A stretch of 64,000 nucleotides of DNA from a virus. Both the position numbers and the translations under genes were made by a program. The stretch covers positions 64,001 through 128,000 of the IMG/VR virus record IMGVR_UViG_3300050343_000285, one strand, 5' to 3'. Under the pieces are notes generated by a model. The model searched no databases, was not told where the DNA came from, and was given only the letters and a program-made list of their open reading frames with translations. Positions 50,981 to 60,892 of the stretch are shown in pieces (the stretch's first letter is position 1; each line of letters opens with the position of its first letter).

Positions 50981-52061
50981 ATTTACTCATCGCAGAGCCT
51001 ATAATTTGATGCATATCATAATATTTATATTCTGCTAATCTACCACCAAATAGATATTTGGATGATAAGTTTTTAGTTTCATTTTTATACTTGTCATACA
51101 GGTCGTTGTTCACTTTATTATTTATAGGATAGTATTTTTCGGTTTTTTTATTAAAGTCTTGAGGATACTCTTTGGTGATTACAGTATCTTTTTGTTTACC
51201 AAAATTAAAATGTTTATGCTCTATAATTCTTGTGTACGGAACGTCATAATCTGTATAATTAATAATAGCGTTACCTTGATAATCAAGAGTGTCGGTTAAT
51301 ACTTCATGCTGAAATTTCAAACTTCTATAATCTAAAGTGCCATATTTTTGATTGAAAAAATCATCTATCGCACCTGTGTATACAATCTTTTTAGCTAAAC
51401 TATCCCAATAATCTCTTTTAGCAAAATAATCTGTATTCAATACAACTTCTGTTTTTTCTATCATATTAGACATCATGCTTGAATAACCATTTTCTGGAAT
51501 ACCTTGATATTTATCAAAATAATAATTATCATTAAAATTCAATCTTATAGGCAATCTTCTGATAATAAATGTTGGTAAATTTTTAGGCTCAGTACCCCAT
51601 TGCTTCTTTGTGTATCCATATATAAATGTATAATATATTTCTTCTCCTACTTGAGACAGAATCCACTCTTCTAAATTTGTAGGTTTAGTAATATTAAGTT
51701 TTTCTTTTTCTAATTTATCCGAAGCTTCTTTGGGCGTGTTAACTCCCCATAGCTGTTGTAATGTCATTAGGTTTATAGGAAAAGAATATAGAGTATCCCC
51801 ATAATTAACTTTAGGACTGTTTATATAACTATTAAATTCACTAAATTGATTTACGTATTTCCATATTTTATTAGAATTAGTGTGAAAAATATGTGGACCA
51901 TATTGATGAACATCTATTTCATGTTGTTTTTTTGTGTAACAATTACCAAAAGGATGTTCTCTTTTTTCTATAATTAAACATCTTTTATTATCTGCATTGG
52001 CTAAATTTGCAAAAGTAGAGCCGAATAAGCCAGACCCAACTATTAAGTAATCGTATCGCAT
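50970..52061 (-). CDS. glf: UDP-galactopyranose mutase
   Basis: YDYLIVGSGLFG; YGPHIFHT; YTKKQW; YQGIP; YYPIN; GRLAEYKYYDM. Confidence 0.96.
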   Translation of the reverse strand: MRYDYLIVGSGLFGSTFANLANADNKRCLIIEKREHPFGNCYTKKQHEIDVHQYGPHIFHTNSNKIWKYVNQFSEFNSYINSPKVNYGDTLYSFPINLMTLQQLWGVNTPKEASDKLEKEKLNITKPTNLEEWILSQVGEEIYYTFIYGYTKKQWGTEPKNLPTFIIRRLPIRLNFNDNYYFDKYQGIPENGYSSMMSNMIEKTEVVLNTDYFAKRDYWDSLAKKIVYTGAIDDFFNQKYGTLDYRSLKFQHEVLTDTLDYQGNAIINYTDYDVPYTRIIEHKHFNFGKQKDTVITKEYPQDFNKKTEKYYPINNKVNNDLYDKYKNETKNLSSKYLFGGRLAEYKYYDMHQIIGSAMSKYET

Positions 52062-52073
52062 AGTTTTAAGTCC

Positions 52074-55000
52074 CTACCCTCCTATAACAACAGTATCAAT
52101 ATCACCACAATTAATACATTTACCACCACCATCAATATCGGCTTTAAATGTTTCTGGAGGGCAAAGATATAAATCATTAGAATTTGTATCATAGTTAGGA
52201 CCACAATAAAATAATGCAGCATCAAATGTACAGGTTAAGAGTCCTGTGAGATTATCTAATTCTACTATTAATTTATCTATTTGGAAACCTGTTCTAAATG
52301 GAGATGTTCCATTTACACTAAGCACAGTAATGTCTGAATTGGAGGACAAGAGATTGTTGGTGGAAGAAGGAACTCTGATACGGCCGCCACTATAGGTATA
52401 AGAGTTTTTATTAGCTGAAGATGCTGCTGTTAGGGGTATTTTCAGTTTTATAGCAGATGGATTCTGAGCACCCTCCGAAGATAGTGGTAATATTACATGT
52501 CCGGGTTCAAAGCTTTCTCCGTCTCCACAGCCTGTTTTTGTGTCTAAGGTAGTACAACAGCTGTAACTACCTAAAGCAACACAGGTATCAACAGTACCCC
52601 TTTTGCATAAAGCATAGAAGCCTGCAGGATTAAAGCTACAATCGTCACAACCCTCGTCATTTTCGCATTTATCTTTTAAACAAGATCCTATCAGCTCAAA
52701 TACAGAACATTGTGTATTACCATCTAAGCTACCAAAAAATGGACATGTACCATCTTGTCCTGTACCTATTCTTCCTCTATTTCTGTCTGTATCAGTTATA
52801 CAACCGAGGAAGGCCCAAGGGTCTCCATTACCGTCACATTGATCGCATGGCGGACAGTACATTCTAGATAATGGCCAACATTGATCAGTTGCTCCTGTTT
52901 CATCATCAATACATCTGGCGTAATATCCAACATTATTTCCATAATGCTGTTCCTCTATAGCCCCTCCGCATATATCTATATAATAATCAGCTTCGCATTG
53001 TCTAATTGCCTCAAATTCTGAGCAGTAACTTTGATTTTCGAGACCTATGCTGTCAGAAATTTGACAATGAGTATAGTCATCAACAAAAACAGATTCTAAG
53101 TCGGTTTGATTAGCATCTGATGGTTGTTCTATACAGCCAGCAAAATAATTGGGGGGAATAGGTTCTTCATCAATAGCTTCGGGAGTAATAATGGTTGCGC
53201 AACATAGCAATGGTGTTGCTGTAAATGTCGGAAATATAATAGGCGTGGTTATGGCAATATCGCCAACGGTTGCTGTTGTTTCTGTAGTTATCCTAGCTGT
53301 CTCTTGAGTTCCTGTTGTGGGGGTTGTTGGGGTTGTTGGGGTTTTTGTAGTTGGTGTTGTTGTGGCAGTTGTAGTTGTAGTTGTTGGAGTAGTTGTTGTG
53401 GTTGTGGTTTCAATTACTGGAAATGTTGTTGTTGTTGTTGTTGTTGTTTGAGGGCAATGTTTTTGTAAACATACCCCTTCATCATAATGTTGAGCTTCTA
53501 CTATTAAGTTTTCAATAATTACATTAGTGCTAGGATCGAGGGTGTCTAATTGGTTTTTAGAGATGACATCATTTCTATACATAGCTACACATGAATTAGA
53601 GTCTATTGCATAGAAACCAACATAGTCATATAGATTTGAATAAGATGCTGATGGAGTAGTTGGATCATATAAAAGTATTGCAATATATTCACAAGCATTA
53701 ACGGTAACCGGTGTTGGCGATGTTGCATTTTCATTAGGATCTTTTAAGGTGATGTTTTCCACCCAGTAAGTTATTGGGTTCGGGGTAGGTGTAGGCTCCA
53801 CGCATGGTTGTAAATACATTCTATGATAACAAGGGTTCGGTCCTGGCGTTGGTGTCGTTGCGGTTGTCGTGACTGTCGTGGTGGTTGTCGTTTTTGTAGT
53901 GGTATCAGCAAAAAGTAGTGGTGTAGGTGTAGGTGTAGGTGTAGGTGTAGGTGTAGAAGTTAAGATTGTTGTGGTAGTTGTTGTAGGAGTTGGCGGACAT
54001 GTGCTAGAGTGTAACATATGATCTGTTAAACAGAACTCACAACTAACATATGAGTCTTGAGACGAACTACTATCTAAGGTAGCTTTATAATAAATTATAG
54101 CATCTGCTGGTAAGTCAGAAGCATCGACTAACCAAGCACGAGCGCAAAAATTTTGATCTTCATAACTACCACCATAGTTTTGAAACTGTTTAATATAAAT
54201 ATAATATTTTGGATCGTCTATGTAAGCTGTTGTATTATGCGTACTAAAAATTTCTTCAGTCCAATACTTAGCAGCATATTCATTATCAATATATTGAACA
54301 TATTTAATAGAATTTACTTCATTACAACATCCGTCTATTTCTTGTATTGCTAAATATATTACTTCAGGATATATTTGTGCTGATGATGTTTTTTGAGGAC
54401 CTATAGGATTTGGAGCGTTGTATGTTGTCACAGCCCTAAAGTTGTAAGTTGGATCTAATATAAACATCTCGTTTACTATATAGGTAATAGTTTGAGTATA
54501 AATATTTTGTCCATTTCTATATTCACCTACCAAACTAGCTACATCAAAATTTAGTAAGTTATTACTTCCTGGTAAATCATCCGAACTTTCCCAATCACTA
54601 CCAAAACTAGATTGCCATTGTAATTCAGCAAATTCTCCAGAATCACCAAGTATTGTAGTCCAATGATTTTCCAAAATGACACTTGATAAATTAATAATGG
54701 GTTCTGCAATTTGATAAATAATTTTTGTTCTTAATTGATTAGTCGCTGAACCTGAAGTTTTATAGGTTTCTGCTTTAAATTTAACACTATCTAATATGTG
54801 TGCTGTTGGAGACTGTTTAGTACTACTTAATCCTTTGGTGTCTCTAATAGTGCCTGAAGGATTATAGCTTTTATCATTAGAAAATCTTAAAGGATCTACT
54901 TGATTAATGGGTCCATCAGAATCATATATAGTTTGTTCATAAATATCTTTTTTGATACTACTATTGCCTTTATCACTAAATATTTTGACAATGTAGTTGC

Positions 55001-58000
55001 GTCCTGAAAAATCTTCTCCTGGGAATGTACAGCATGAACAATCTATAGGCGTTGTATATATTGGCGTTGGTGTTGCATTATCCGAATAAGAATAATTAGA
55101 ATTACTGCTGTGAGCACAATCTTTATCTACCAAAAGATTATTGACATGAGAAAGTTGATTATCTATAGTCCCAAAAAATCTTTCTAAATTAATAGTTACA
55201 ATAAAAAATCTCCAATCATTAGGTATATTACCTAAATCTGAACCAAATCCAGATAAAAACTTTCTATATCTAGAAGGAACATTTGAGGAGTCCACCTTCA
55301 AGATAGGAATATCATCCCAAGATTGAAAACCATGGGTAACAGACCAATTGTCTGCATCAACATAACAGCCTGTAGTGTCATTTCCTGTAAAACTATTGCC
55401 GTCAGGAGATAAATCAATACATTTTGTAACCATGTGTGCCATGCCATATACGTGATCAGAAGCTTGATTAGTTGCTATGGATATACCATATCTAGTAGCA
55501 TCGCATTTCCCTGGAGGGTCGTCATCATATAAAGCATTAAGACCAAAATCTGTTATAACTGATAAATCAACAGCCCATGCAATAGTAATACTATCATGAT
55601 CTTTAAATAGTCTAACGTAACGACTATCTTCTGAACAATTTTCAAATGGAGGTTCTGTTGCTGGTGTTGGTGTAGCAGGAGTAAGTTCTGTGGTGGCACA
55701 ACTTAATTGATATCGACTTAACAACGCATTCACATTAGTCTGTATTTCGTTAACATTTAATGCTTTGTCATATACTAAGAAAGGACCCAGTTCACCATCA
55801 TAAGCTCCGGCATAGTTAGTTGCTCGTCCTATATGTGATATAGTTAGGCTGTCTTCAAGTTCATTAGTTGTAGCTATAGCAGCATCTCTTCCATAGTCTG
55901 ATGTTTCTCCCAAAAGGAAACAATCTTTATAATGATAAGCTTTATTATTATCAAATACAATTGTGTAAACAGACCATTGATTACTATTAAAAGAAGTAGT
56001 AGGCCCGTTAAATGTATTTAGATTAACGTCTGTTTCACCTTTAACTTGATTACTATCTAATTGTATATATGATTTATTATGAGATCTTCCATATATGAAA
56101 TTACTAGGGTTAAAATTTCTAATAACAAAACTGATTGTGCTACCAGCTCTACTAAGCGTTAAATCATTTCCAGTTACAGTATTAATATCAAAATCTAAAC
56201 TTTGTGAAGATCCATTAAATGTTAAGTAACTAAAATCATTAGAGAATATAGGCCAGTTTATTAACTGTGCATCATATCTCTCACCAACAGCTTTACCGGG
56301 TGTTAGATCTAATAAATAATTACCATAAGCACTAGCGTTAGGATCATAAGATAGTGGATCTATAAAGCATTCTAAATCATCTGTTACTATACTAGGAAAA
56401 ATATATGGAGTTGGGGTTACTGTAGTGGGGGTTGTTGTTGTAGTTGGGGTTGTTGGTGTGACACAAGAATTAATATCTGGATATCGTCCTGTCTTCACAA
56501 TTTCATTATGGTTGTGTTTAATTTCAGCATCACTTAATGCTTTATCATACAGTAATATTGGACCAACCCTACCCTGAAAGCTGGTGCCTATCCGACTAAA
56601 GTAAAAATGACCTAATAGTTTATTAGCAACAGCATCAGAACCGGCTGCATTAATATTACATTCTGAATATCCATACCATGTTTCTTCACCTATAAATTCA
56701 CAATTTTTATAATATTTAACTATACCTTCTTTGCTTACAACAATAGTAATATTATACCATTTTTCTCTATCCATATCAAATTGTGGTTCATTAGTTACTC
56801 TACTACCATCATATAGATTCGTTGTGTAGAAAGCTGTTTGAAAATAATTTGGACTAAAAAGCAGACCCGATTGTGGATCTCTATAACTACAGCTGTCGTC
56901 ATAATCTTTACTTGACCCATCGGGATTAAATTTTCTTGCTATGTCATCGGTTGATCCTATCAAATAACCTCGTTTGTCACCAAAGAATCTAGATTCATAT
57001 TCTTGAACAGCAATTGAGCTATCATAGTTGGATGTGTCGAATAATATTCCACCATCATAAAATCTATAAACTACAAAATTTAATGTGCATCCACCAGCTG
57101 GATGGTAAATATCTCCGTGTATATTAACATCCGTAATCGGATTGTCTGCATACTCAGGTTGCTCACTTGGAAGTATAGATAAATCAATAGCTCTAGAAGA
57201 CTGTGGTATATCGATATGACCTCCCCATCCGGGTAGTTGAATATAACTATTATCTGAAGCATAGGAGGGTAGTGTCCAAGGAGGATCGTCATCACCTGTC
57301 GCAAAAGTGCTATCAAACTTACCATGATATCCATTACCACTCCAATCGTATATCTGATACTCAGATAGGTCTACACAATAATTTGTCTTAGTTCCTGTCG
57401 TATCAACAAGATCAAAACAATCTTCAAATGATGAAGTAGGGGTCGGAGTGGTAGTAGTATAATTTTCAAGGGGTCGGTTTCGCAAAGAATCAGGAGGTGG
57501 GTTTTGCGAAAGCTCAGGATCATAAAAAAGCGTAAGTCCATCTTTAATAGGATTAAATGAAACTGTGCTTTGATCAGTAGGGTTGGTAACTAAGTATAAT
57601 GAACTAAAACTACTAATATTAACAGATATCGTTTTATTTGCAAAGTTACGAACGTAATCTCCATGTTCGATAGTTGCATCTGTAATACCATACTCATCTT
57701 TGTGGAATATTTTAAGACTATCAAACTCTGATTTAGTTATATTGTTTTTTAAGTTAAATGTTACTATTACGCTACCTGAGAAATTTGCGGTAGCTGTAAG
57801 ATTTACAGCAGAGGCGCTGCCTATCAAATTGTATTCTGTGATTGGTTCAATGTCTGGCAAATCGTAATCGGTTTGTATTTCTAAGTCGCCAGAATTAGTA
57901 ATTTCATCAAAATTTAAGTCAATAGAATCAATGAAATAATCAGAATAAGAAAAATTAGCAGATACATCCGATCCTTTGTTTAATGTTGTATCTCTAGAAA

Positions 58001-59897
58001 TGCGTTGACTTACTATATAAAATAAACTAAATTCATCAACTTGTGCGGATATCTTTTTTGTTTCAAAATCACGAATATATGAACCACTATTAACTGTTAC
58101 GTCTGTAAGTTCTAAAGTATCTTCTTTTATACGAAATACTTTTAAGTTATTGAACTCTGCTTTGGTAATATTATTTTCTGTATCATCTATTGAGAAGTCT
58201 ATAATTGCATCTCCATCAAATGATATTGGTGTGTCAATGTCTATAGAATCAATAATGGCATCGTTAGCATAATCTGTAGCAAAATCTGTAGATGGTACAG
58301 TACTAACATCTAATAATGATAGTGATAATTCATTTAAGTCAATAATATTAGAGAAGGATAACCCCAAAGTAAGAAGCTTATTAGTTCCTATGCTAGGGGA
58401 TGTTGTAATTGAGAATGGAAATTGTGGATCAGGAGTCGCTGTAGTAACAATTTGATGAACAGTAGGTGTGGGTGGAGTTGGTGGAGTTGGTGGTGCTGGC
58501 GGAGTTGGTGGTGCTGGCGGAGTTGGTGGTGCTGGCGGAGTTGGTGGAGCTGGTGGTGCTGGTGGAGTTGGTGATGCTGGAGGTGTTGGTGCTGTTGGTG
58601 CTGTTGGTGTTGTTGGTGGAGTTGGAGGAGTTGGAGGAGTTGGAGGTGAAGGTGGTAGAGTTGGAGGTATTGGTGGCGTTGGAGGTGAAGGTGGTAGAGT
58701 TGGAGGTATTGGTGGCGTTGGTGGCGTTGGTGGCGTTGGAGGTGCTGGAGGAGTTGGCGGTGGTGGTGGTGGTGGTAGAGGTGGTGGTAGAGGCGGTGGT
58801 GGAGGCGGTGGAGTAGGAGTAATTTCTGGTTGAGTTTCTGGTTGAGTTTCTTGTGTTGATTGAGTTTCCGGTTGAGTTTCTTGTGTTGATTGAGTTTCCG
58901 GTTGAGTTTCTTGTGTTGATTGAGTTTGTGCTGGTGGTGTTGGGGGTGCTGGTGGTGGGGGTGGAGGCGGTGGTGGCGGCGGTGGAGTAGCTTCTTGGCA
59001 AGGAGGGAACGCTCCAGAGAAGCCAACTCTATACCTACAATTTTCTGTATCCCATAGTTCGGAAGTCTGATTATCTAATTTATGAATATTAGCTACTTCA
59101 TCAAAACACCATTCAAATATAGATTTACTTGCAGTACAAGAAGGTTGTTTATCTGGACCAATATTGTAATTACAATATTCATGACTACTAATCACAAAAG
59201 CATTATATGGACCAATCGTGGTCCAATTAAAATCATTAACATCTTCATCTTCTGCACAAGGGCAGCATATATCCTCTGGTGGTGGAGTAGTTGTTGCTGG
59301 TGGGGGTCCGGGTGGTGGTGGAGGCTGACTAGGGCACTCAGGTAGATATCTAACAAAAAATGGTACCCAATCACACTGTGATATACTAAAAGCGTACGAA
59401 GTAAGACCTAATTGTGATCCGTCAGGACACATACTAGGTTGACCTACAGGAGGCAAGCTTGTGGGCCCCATGCATTTTGGATCTATAGGTGATTGAGGAA
59501 TATTAGGTGGTGGAAAAGGAGGTAGGGGTGTAGGAGTGGTGCTTGTACTTTGAGCCTCAAAAACATCCTCCTTAGCAATTCTATAGTTAACTATATCTAT
59601 TTTATTTTTGGGCACTTCACCAAAAGCAGATTCAAAAATTAAATTTTCATTTGCGTATATTCTATAATAATTTTCATAAGGATAAAATCCCGTATTATTA
59701 TATAGTACAGTAAAGACTTCGTGATCAGAATCTACAGTAAAGTCATAAGATTTAGCATTAACACTACCTATAAAATCATCATGATTTAAAGAAATTTTAT
59801 CTAATAATTTCTCTTCTCCAGCAATAATAGTTAGGCTATTATTATTCCAACCATCACCTTTAGTATCATATATAATAATAGAATATTTATATTTCAT
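52074..59897 (-). CDS. 2607-aa multidomain surface/virion protein (Pro- and Thr-rich linkers, two LamG/ConA-like domains, two repeated beta-domains, Cys-rich ends)
   Basis: Uninterrupted 7.8-kb ORF; LamG-like GLTLFYDP..YDWSGNGYHG and YLTFNGSSQ..W..YTIV..LVYDKAL; tandem NNITKxEFxxLKxF..DxT..F.xKxIS..FS.xY domains. Confidence 0.8.
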   Translation of the reverse strand: MKYKYSIIIYDTKGDGWNNNSLTIIAGEEKLLDKISLNHDDFIGSVNAKSYDFTVDSDHEVFTVLYNNTGFYPYENYYRIYANENLIFESAFGEVPKNKIDIVNYRIAKEDVFEAQSTSTTPTPLPPFPPPNIPQSPIDPKCMGPTSLPPVGQPSMCPDGSQLGLTSYAFSISQCDWVPFFVRYLPECPSQPPPPPGPPPATTTPPPEDICCPCAEDEDVNDFNWTTIGPYNAFVISSHEYCNYNIGPDKQPSCTASKSIFEWCFDEVANIHKLDNQTSELWDTENCRYRVGFSGAFPPCQEATPPPPPPPPPPPPAPPTPPAQTQSTQETQPETQSTQETQPETQSTQETQPETQPEITPTPPPPPPPLPPPLPPPPPPPTPPAPPTPPTPPTPPIPPTLPPSPPTPPIPPTLPPSPPTPPTPPTPPTTPTAPTAPTPPASPTPPAPPAPPTPPAPPTPPAPPTPPAPPTPPTPPTPTVHQIVTTATPDPQFPFSITTSPSIGTNKLLTLGLSFSNIIDLNELSLSLLDVSTVPSTDFATDYANDAIIDSIDIDTPISFDGDAIIDFSIDDTENNITKAEFNNLKVFRIKEDTLELTDVTVNSGSYIRDFETKKISAQVDEFSLFYIVSQRISRDTTLNKGSDVSANFSYSDYFIDSIDLNFDEITNSGDLEIQTDYDLPDIEPITEYNLIGSASAVNLTATANFSGSVIVTFNLKNNITKSEFDSLKIFHKDEYGITDATIEHGDYVRNFANKTISVNISSFSSLYLVTNPTDQSTVSFNPIKDGLTLFYDPELSQNPPPDSLRNRPLENYTTTTPTPTSSFEDCFDLVDTTGTKTNYCVDLSEYQIYDWSGNGYHGKFDSTFATGDDDPPWTLPSYASDNSYIQLPGWGGHIDIPQSSRAIDLSILPSEQPEYADNPITDVNIHGDIYHPAGGCTLNFVVYRFYDGGILFDTSNYDSSIAVQEYESRFFGDKRGYLIGSTDDIARKFNPDGSSKDYDDSCSYRDPQSGLLFSPNYFQTAFYTTNLYDGSRVTNEPQFDMDREKWYNITIVVSKEGIVKYYKNCEFIGEETWYGYSECNINAAGSDAVANKLLGHFYFSRIGTSFQGRVGPILLYDKALSDAEIKHNHNEIVKTGRYPDINSCVTPTTPTTTTTPTTVTPTPYIFPSIVTDDLECFIDPLSYDPNASAYGNYLLDLTPGKAVGERYDAQLINWPIFSNDFSYLTFNGSSQSLDFDINTVTGNDLTLSRAGSTISFVIRNFNPSNFIYGRSHNKSYIQLDSNQVKGETDVNLNTFNGPTTSFNSNQWSVYTIVFDNNKAYHYKDCFLLGETSDYGRDAAIATTNELEDSLTISHIGRATNYAGAYDGELGPFLVYDKALNVNEIQTNVNALLSRYQLSCATTELTPATPTPATEPPFENCSEDSRYVRLFKDHDSITIAWAVDLSVITDFGLNALYDDDPPGKCDATRYGISIATNQASDHVYGMAHMVTKCIDLSPDGNSFTGNDTTGCYVDADNWSVTHGFQSWDDIPILKVDSSNVPSRYRKFLSGFGSDLGNIPNDWRFFIVTINLERFFGTIDNQLSHVNNLLVDKDCAHSSNSNYSYSDNATPTPIYTTPIDCSCCTFPGEDFSGRNYIVKIFSDKGNSSIKKDIYEQTIYDSDGPINQVDPLRFSNDKSYNPSGTIRDTKGLSSTKQSPTAHILDSVKFKAETYKTSGSATNQLRTKIIYQIAEPIINLSSVILENHWTTILGDSGEFAELQWQSSFGSDWESSDDLPGSNNLLNFDVASLVGEYRNGQNIYTQTITYIVNEMFILDPTYNFRAVTTYNAPNPIGPQKTSSAQIYPEVIYLAIQEIDGCCNEVNSIKYVQYIDNEYAAKYWTEEIFSTHNTTAYIDDPKYYIYIKQFQNYGGSYEDQNFCARAWLVDASDLPADAIIYYKATLDSSSSQDSYVSCEFCLTDHMLHSSTCPPTPTTTTTTILTSTPTPTPTPTPTPLLFADTTTKTTTTTTVTTTATTPTPGPNPCYHRMYLQPCVEPTPTPNPITYWVENITLKDPNENATSPTPVTVNACEYIAILLYDPTTPSASYSNLYDYVGFYAIDSNSCVAMYRNDVISKNQLDTLDPSTNVIIENLIVEAQHYDEGVCLQKHCPQTTTTTTTTFPVIETTTTTTTPTTTTTTATTTPTTKTPTTPTTPTTGTQETARITTETTATVGDIAITTPIIFPTFTATPLLCCATIITPEAIDEEPIPPNYFAGCIEQPSDANQTDLESVFVDDYTHCQISDSIGLENQSYCSEFEAIRQCEADYYIDICGGAIEEQHYGNNVGYYARCIDDETGATDQCWPLSRMYCPPCDQCDGNGDPWAFLGCITDTDRNRGRIGTGQDGTCPFFGSLDGNTQCSVFELIGSCLKDKCENDEGCDDCSFNPAGFYALCKRGTVDTCVALGSYSCCTTLDTKTGCGDGESFEPGHVILPLSSEGAQNPSAIKLKIPLTAASSANKNSYTYSGGRIRVPSSTNNLLSSNSDITVLSVNGTSPFRTGFQIDKLIVELDNLTGLLTCTFDAALFYCGPNYDTNSNDLYLCPPETFKADIDGGGKCINCGDIDTVVIGG
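53320..53995 (-). repeat. Thr-rich / (TP)n coding microsatellites
   Basis: (GTT)n runs and (GTAGGT)n at ~53921-53955 on plus strand, encoding poly-Thr and TPTPTP. Confidence 0.8.
58465..58990 (-). repeat. Pro-rich coding tandem repeats (18-nt PAPPTP units, 39-nt duplication, poly-Pro)
   Basis: GGCGGAGTTGGTGGTGCT-like units; two copies of the PTPPIPPTLPPSP unit. Confidence 0.9.
58831..58920 (-). repeat. Three 30-nt direct repeats encoding TQSTQETQPE
   Basis: TGAGTTTC(C/T)GGTTGAGTTTCTTGTGTTGAT x3 on plus strand. Confidence 0.95.
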
Positions 59898-60892
59898 TGT
59901 ATTGTTACTATCGTATTTTTTGGTGGGGTTTCATGTATTATTGAAGAAAAAATTAAATCATCACACTCATCGTAAAGCTCATAGTGGTTTTCATAAGATA
60001 ATTGATTATTTTTATAATAATTAATATTAAAATTTTTATCTACTTTATCTATTTCTAAATCTATAGATACAGGACCATACCCATGTGAAATAGAAAGTTT
60101 TTCAGTTAAAGGCTTATGGTTAGCGTCATTAATTACAATATAATTATCTCCCCAGCCATCACCAAAAGTGTCATATAATTTAAGAGTATATCGTTTTATA
60201 TCTGATTTCTTACAGATTCTTGAACTTATATAATTAGCATAATAATTCTGTGATACATAATAGTACTCACCCGATTTAGCATGCATTGGATGTCTATTGC
60301 TAGACCCCCCACTAATCAAAAATTCCTTATTCTCATTTTCTTGATCTATGATTGTAAAAAATTTAAAACCAGCATTAATTAAACCATAAGGAGAAAATGT
60401 ATTAACTGACTTTTCATTTGTTGCAGGCATGATATCAGAGCCATGAGGAAAGGCCCAGTATTTATTGTTTATATAATCAAAATAAGCAGATTTATACCAT
60501 TCGTTATACGTTGGTATCCAGTAGGTCAAATTGTCTTTATCTACCGATCCTGTATTTATATTATATGGAAACTCATCAATTGATTTTAAATTAAAATTAT
60601 TTAGATAATTGCAATAAATTTTAATATTTTCTAAATTAATATATCTTATTGGTGAATAAGGATCTACGCCATCTTTTAGAGTGTAAATAGTTTTATTTAA
60701 ATCAATAATTTTAGATATCTTTTTATTGTATAAGTTTAAATCTTTACATCTGATAGAAACTGCATTCAAAAAATTAACATAATCTTCACAAGAAATAAAA
60801 CTTTGACTCATAAGAAAATTGTAAGATACAGAGCCATAAGTATTTGTATCTTTTATATTATTTTTATATTTTATTAAGCAAAAATTATTCAT
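59894..60892 (-). CDS. Degenerate FGE-sulfatase (SUMF1)-like domain plus C-terminal GDGW beta-domain
   Basis: YVNFLNAV; WIPTYNEWYKSAY..YWAFP; SPYG; GGS; C-terminal LYDTFGDGWG. Confidence 0.65.
   Translation of the reverse strand: MNNFCLIKYKNNIKDTNTYGSVSYNFLMSQSFISCEDYVNFLNAVSIRCKDLNLYNKKISKIIDLNKTIYTLKDGVDPYSPIRYINLENIKIYCNYLNNFNLKSIDEFPYNINTGSVDKDNLTYWIPTYNEWYKSAYFDYINNKYWAFPHGSDIMPATNEKSVNTFSPYGLINAGFKFFTIIDQENENKEFLISGGSSNRHPMHAKSGEYYYVSQNYYANYISSRICKKSDIKRYTLKLYDTFGDGWGDNYIVINDANHKPLTEKLSISHGYGPVSIDLEIDKVDKNFNINYYKNNQLSYENHYELYDECDDLIFSSIIHETPPKNTIVTIQ

Noticed and set aside
58831-58920. CRISPR-like 30-nt direct repeats
   Set aside because: Units are contiguous with no spacers and lie in frame inside a coding sequence; the Cas4-like gene has no cas1/cas2 neighbours
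58388-59026. Alternative-frame ORFs (His/Gln-rich, Thr/Asn-rich, Gly/Val-rich) over the Pro repeats, and the open plus strand at 62729-64000
   Set aside because: These are by-products of CCN-rich 3-periodic repeats, which lack stops in other frames
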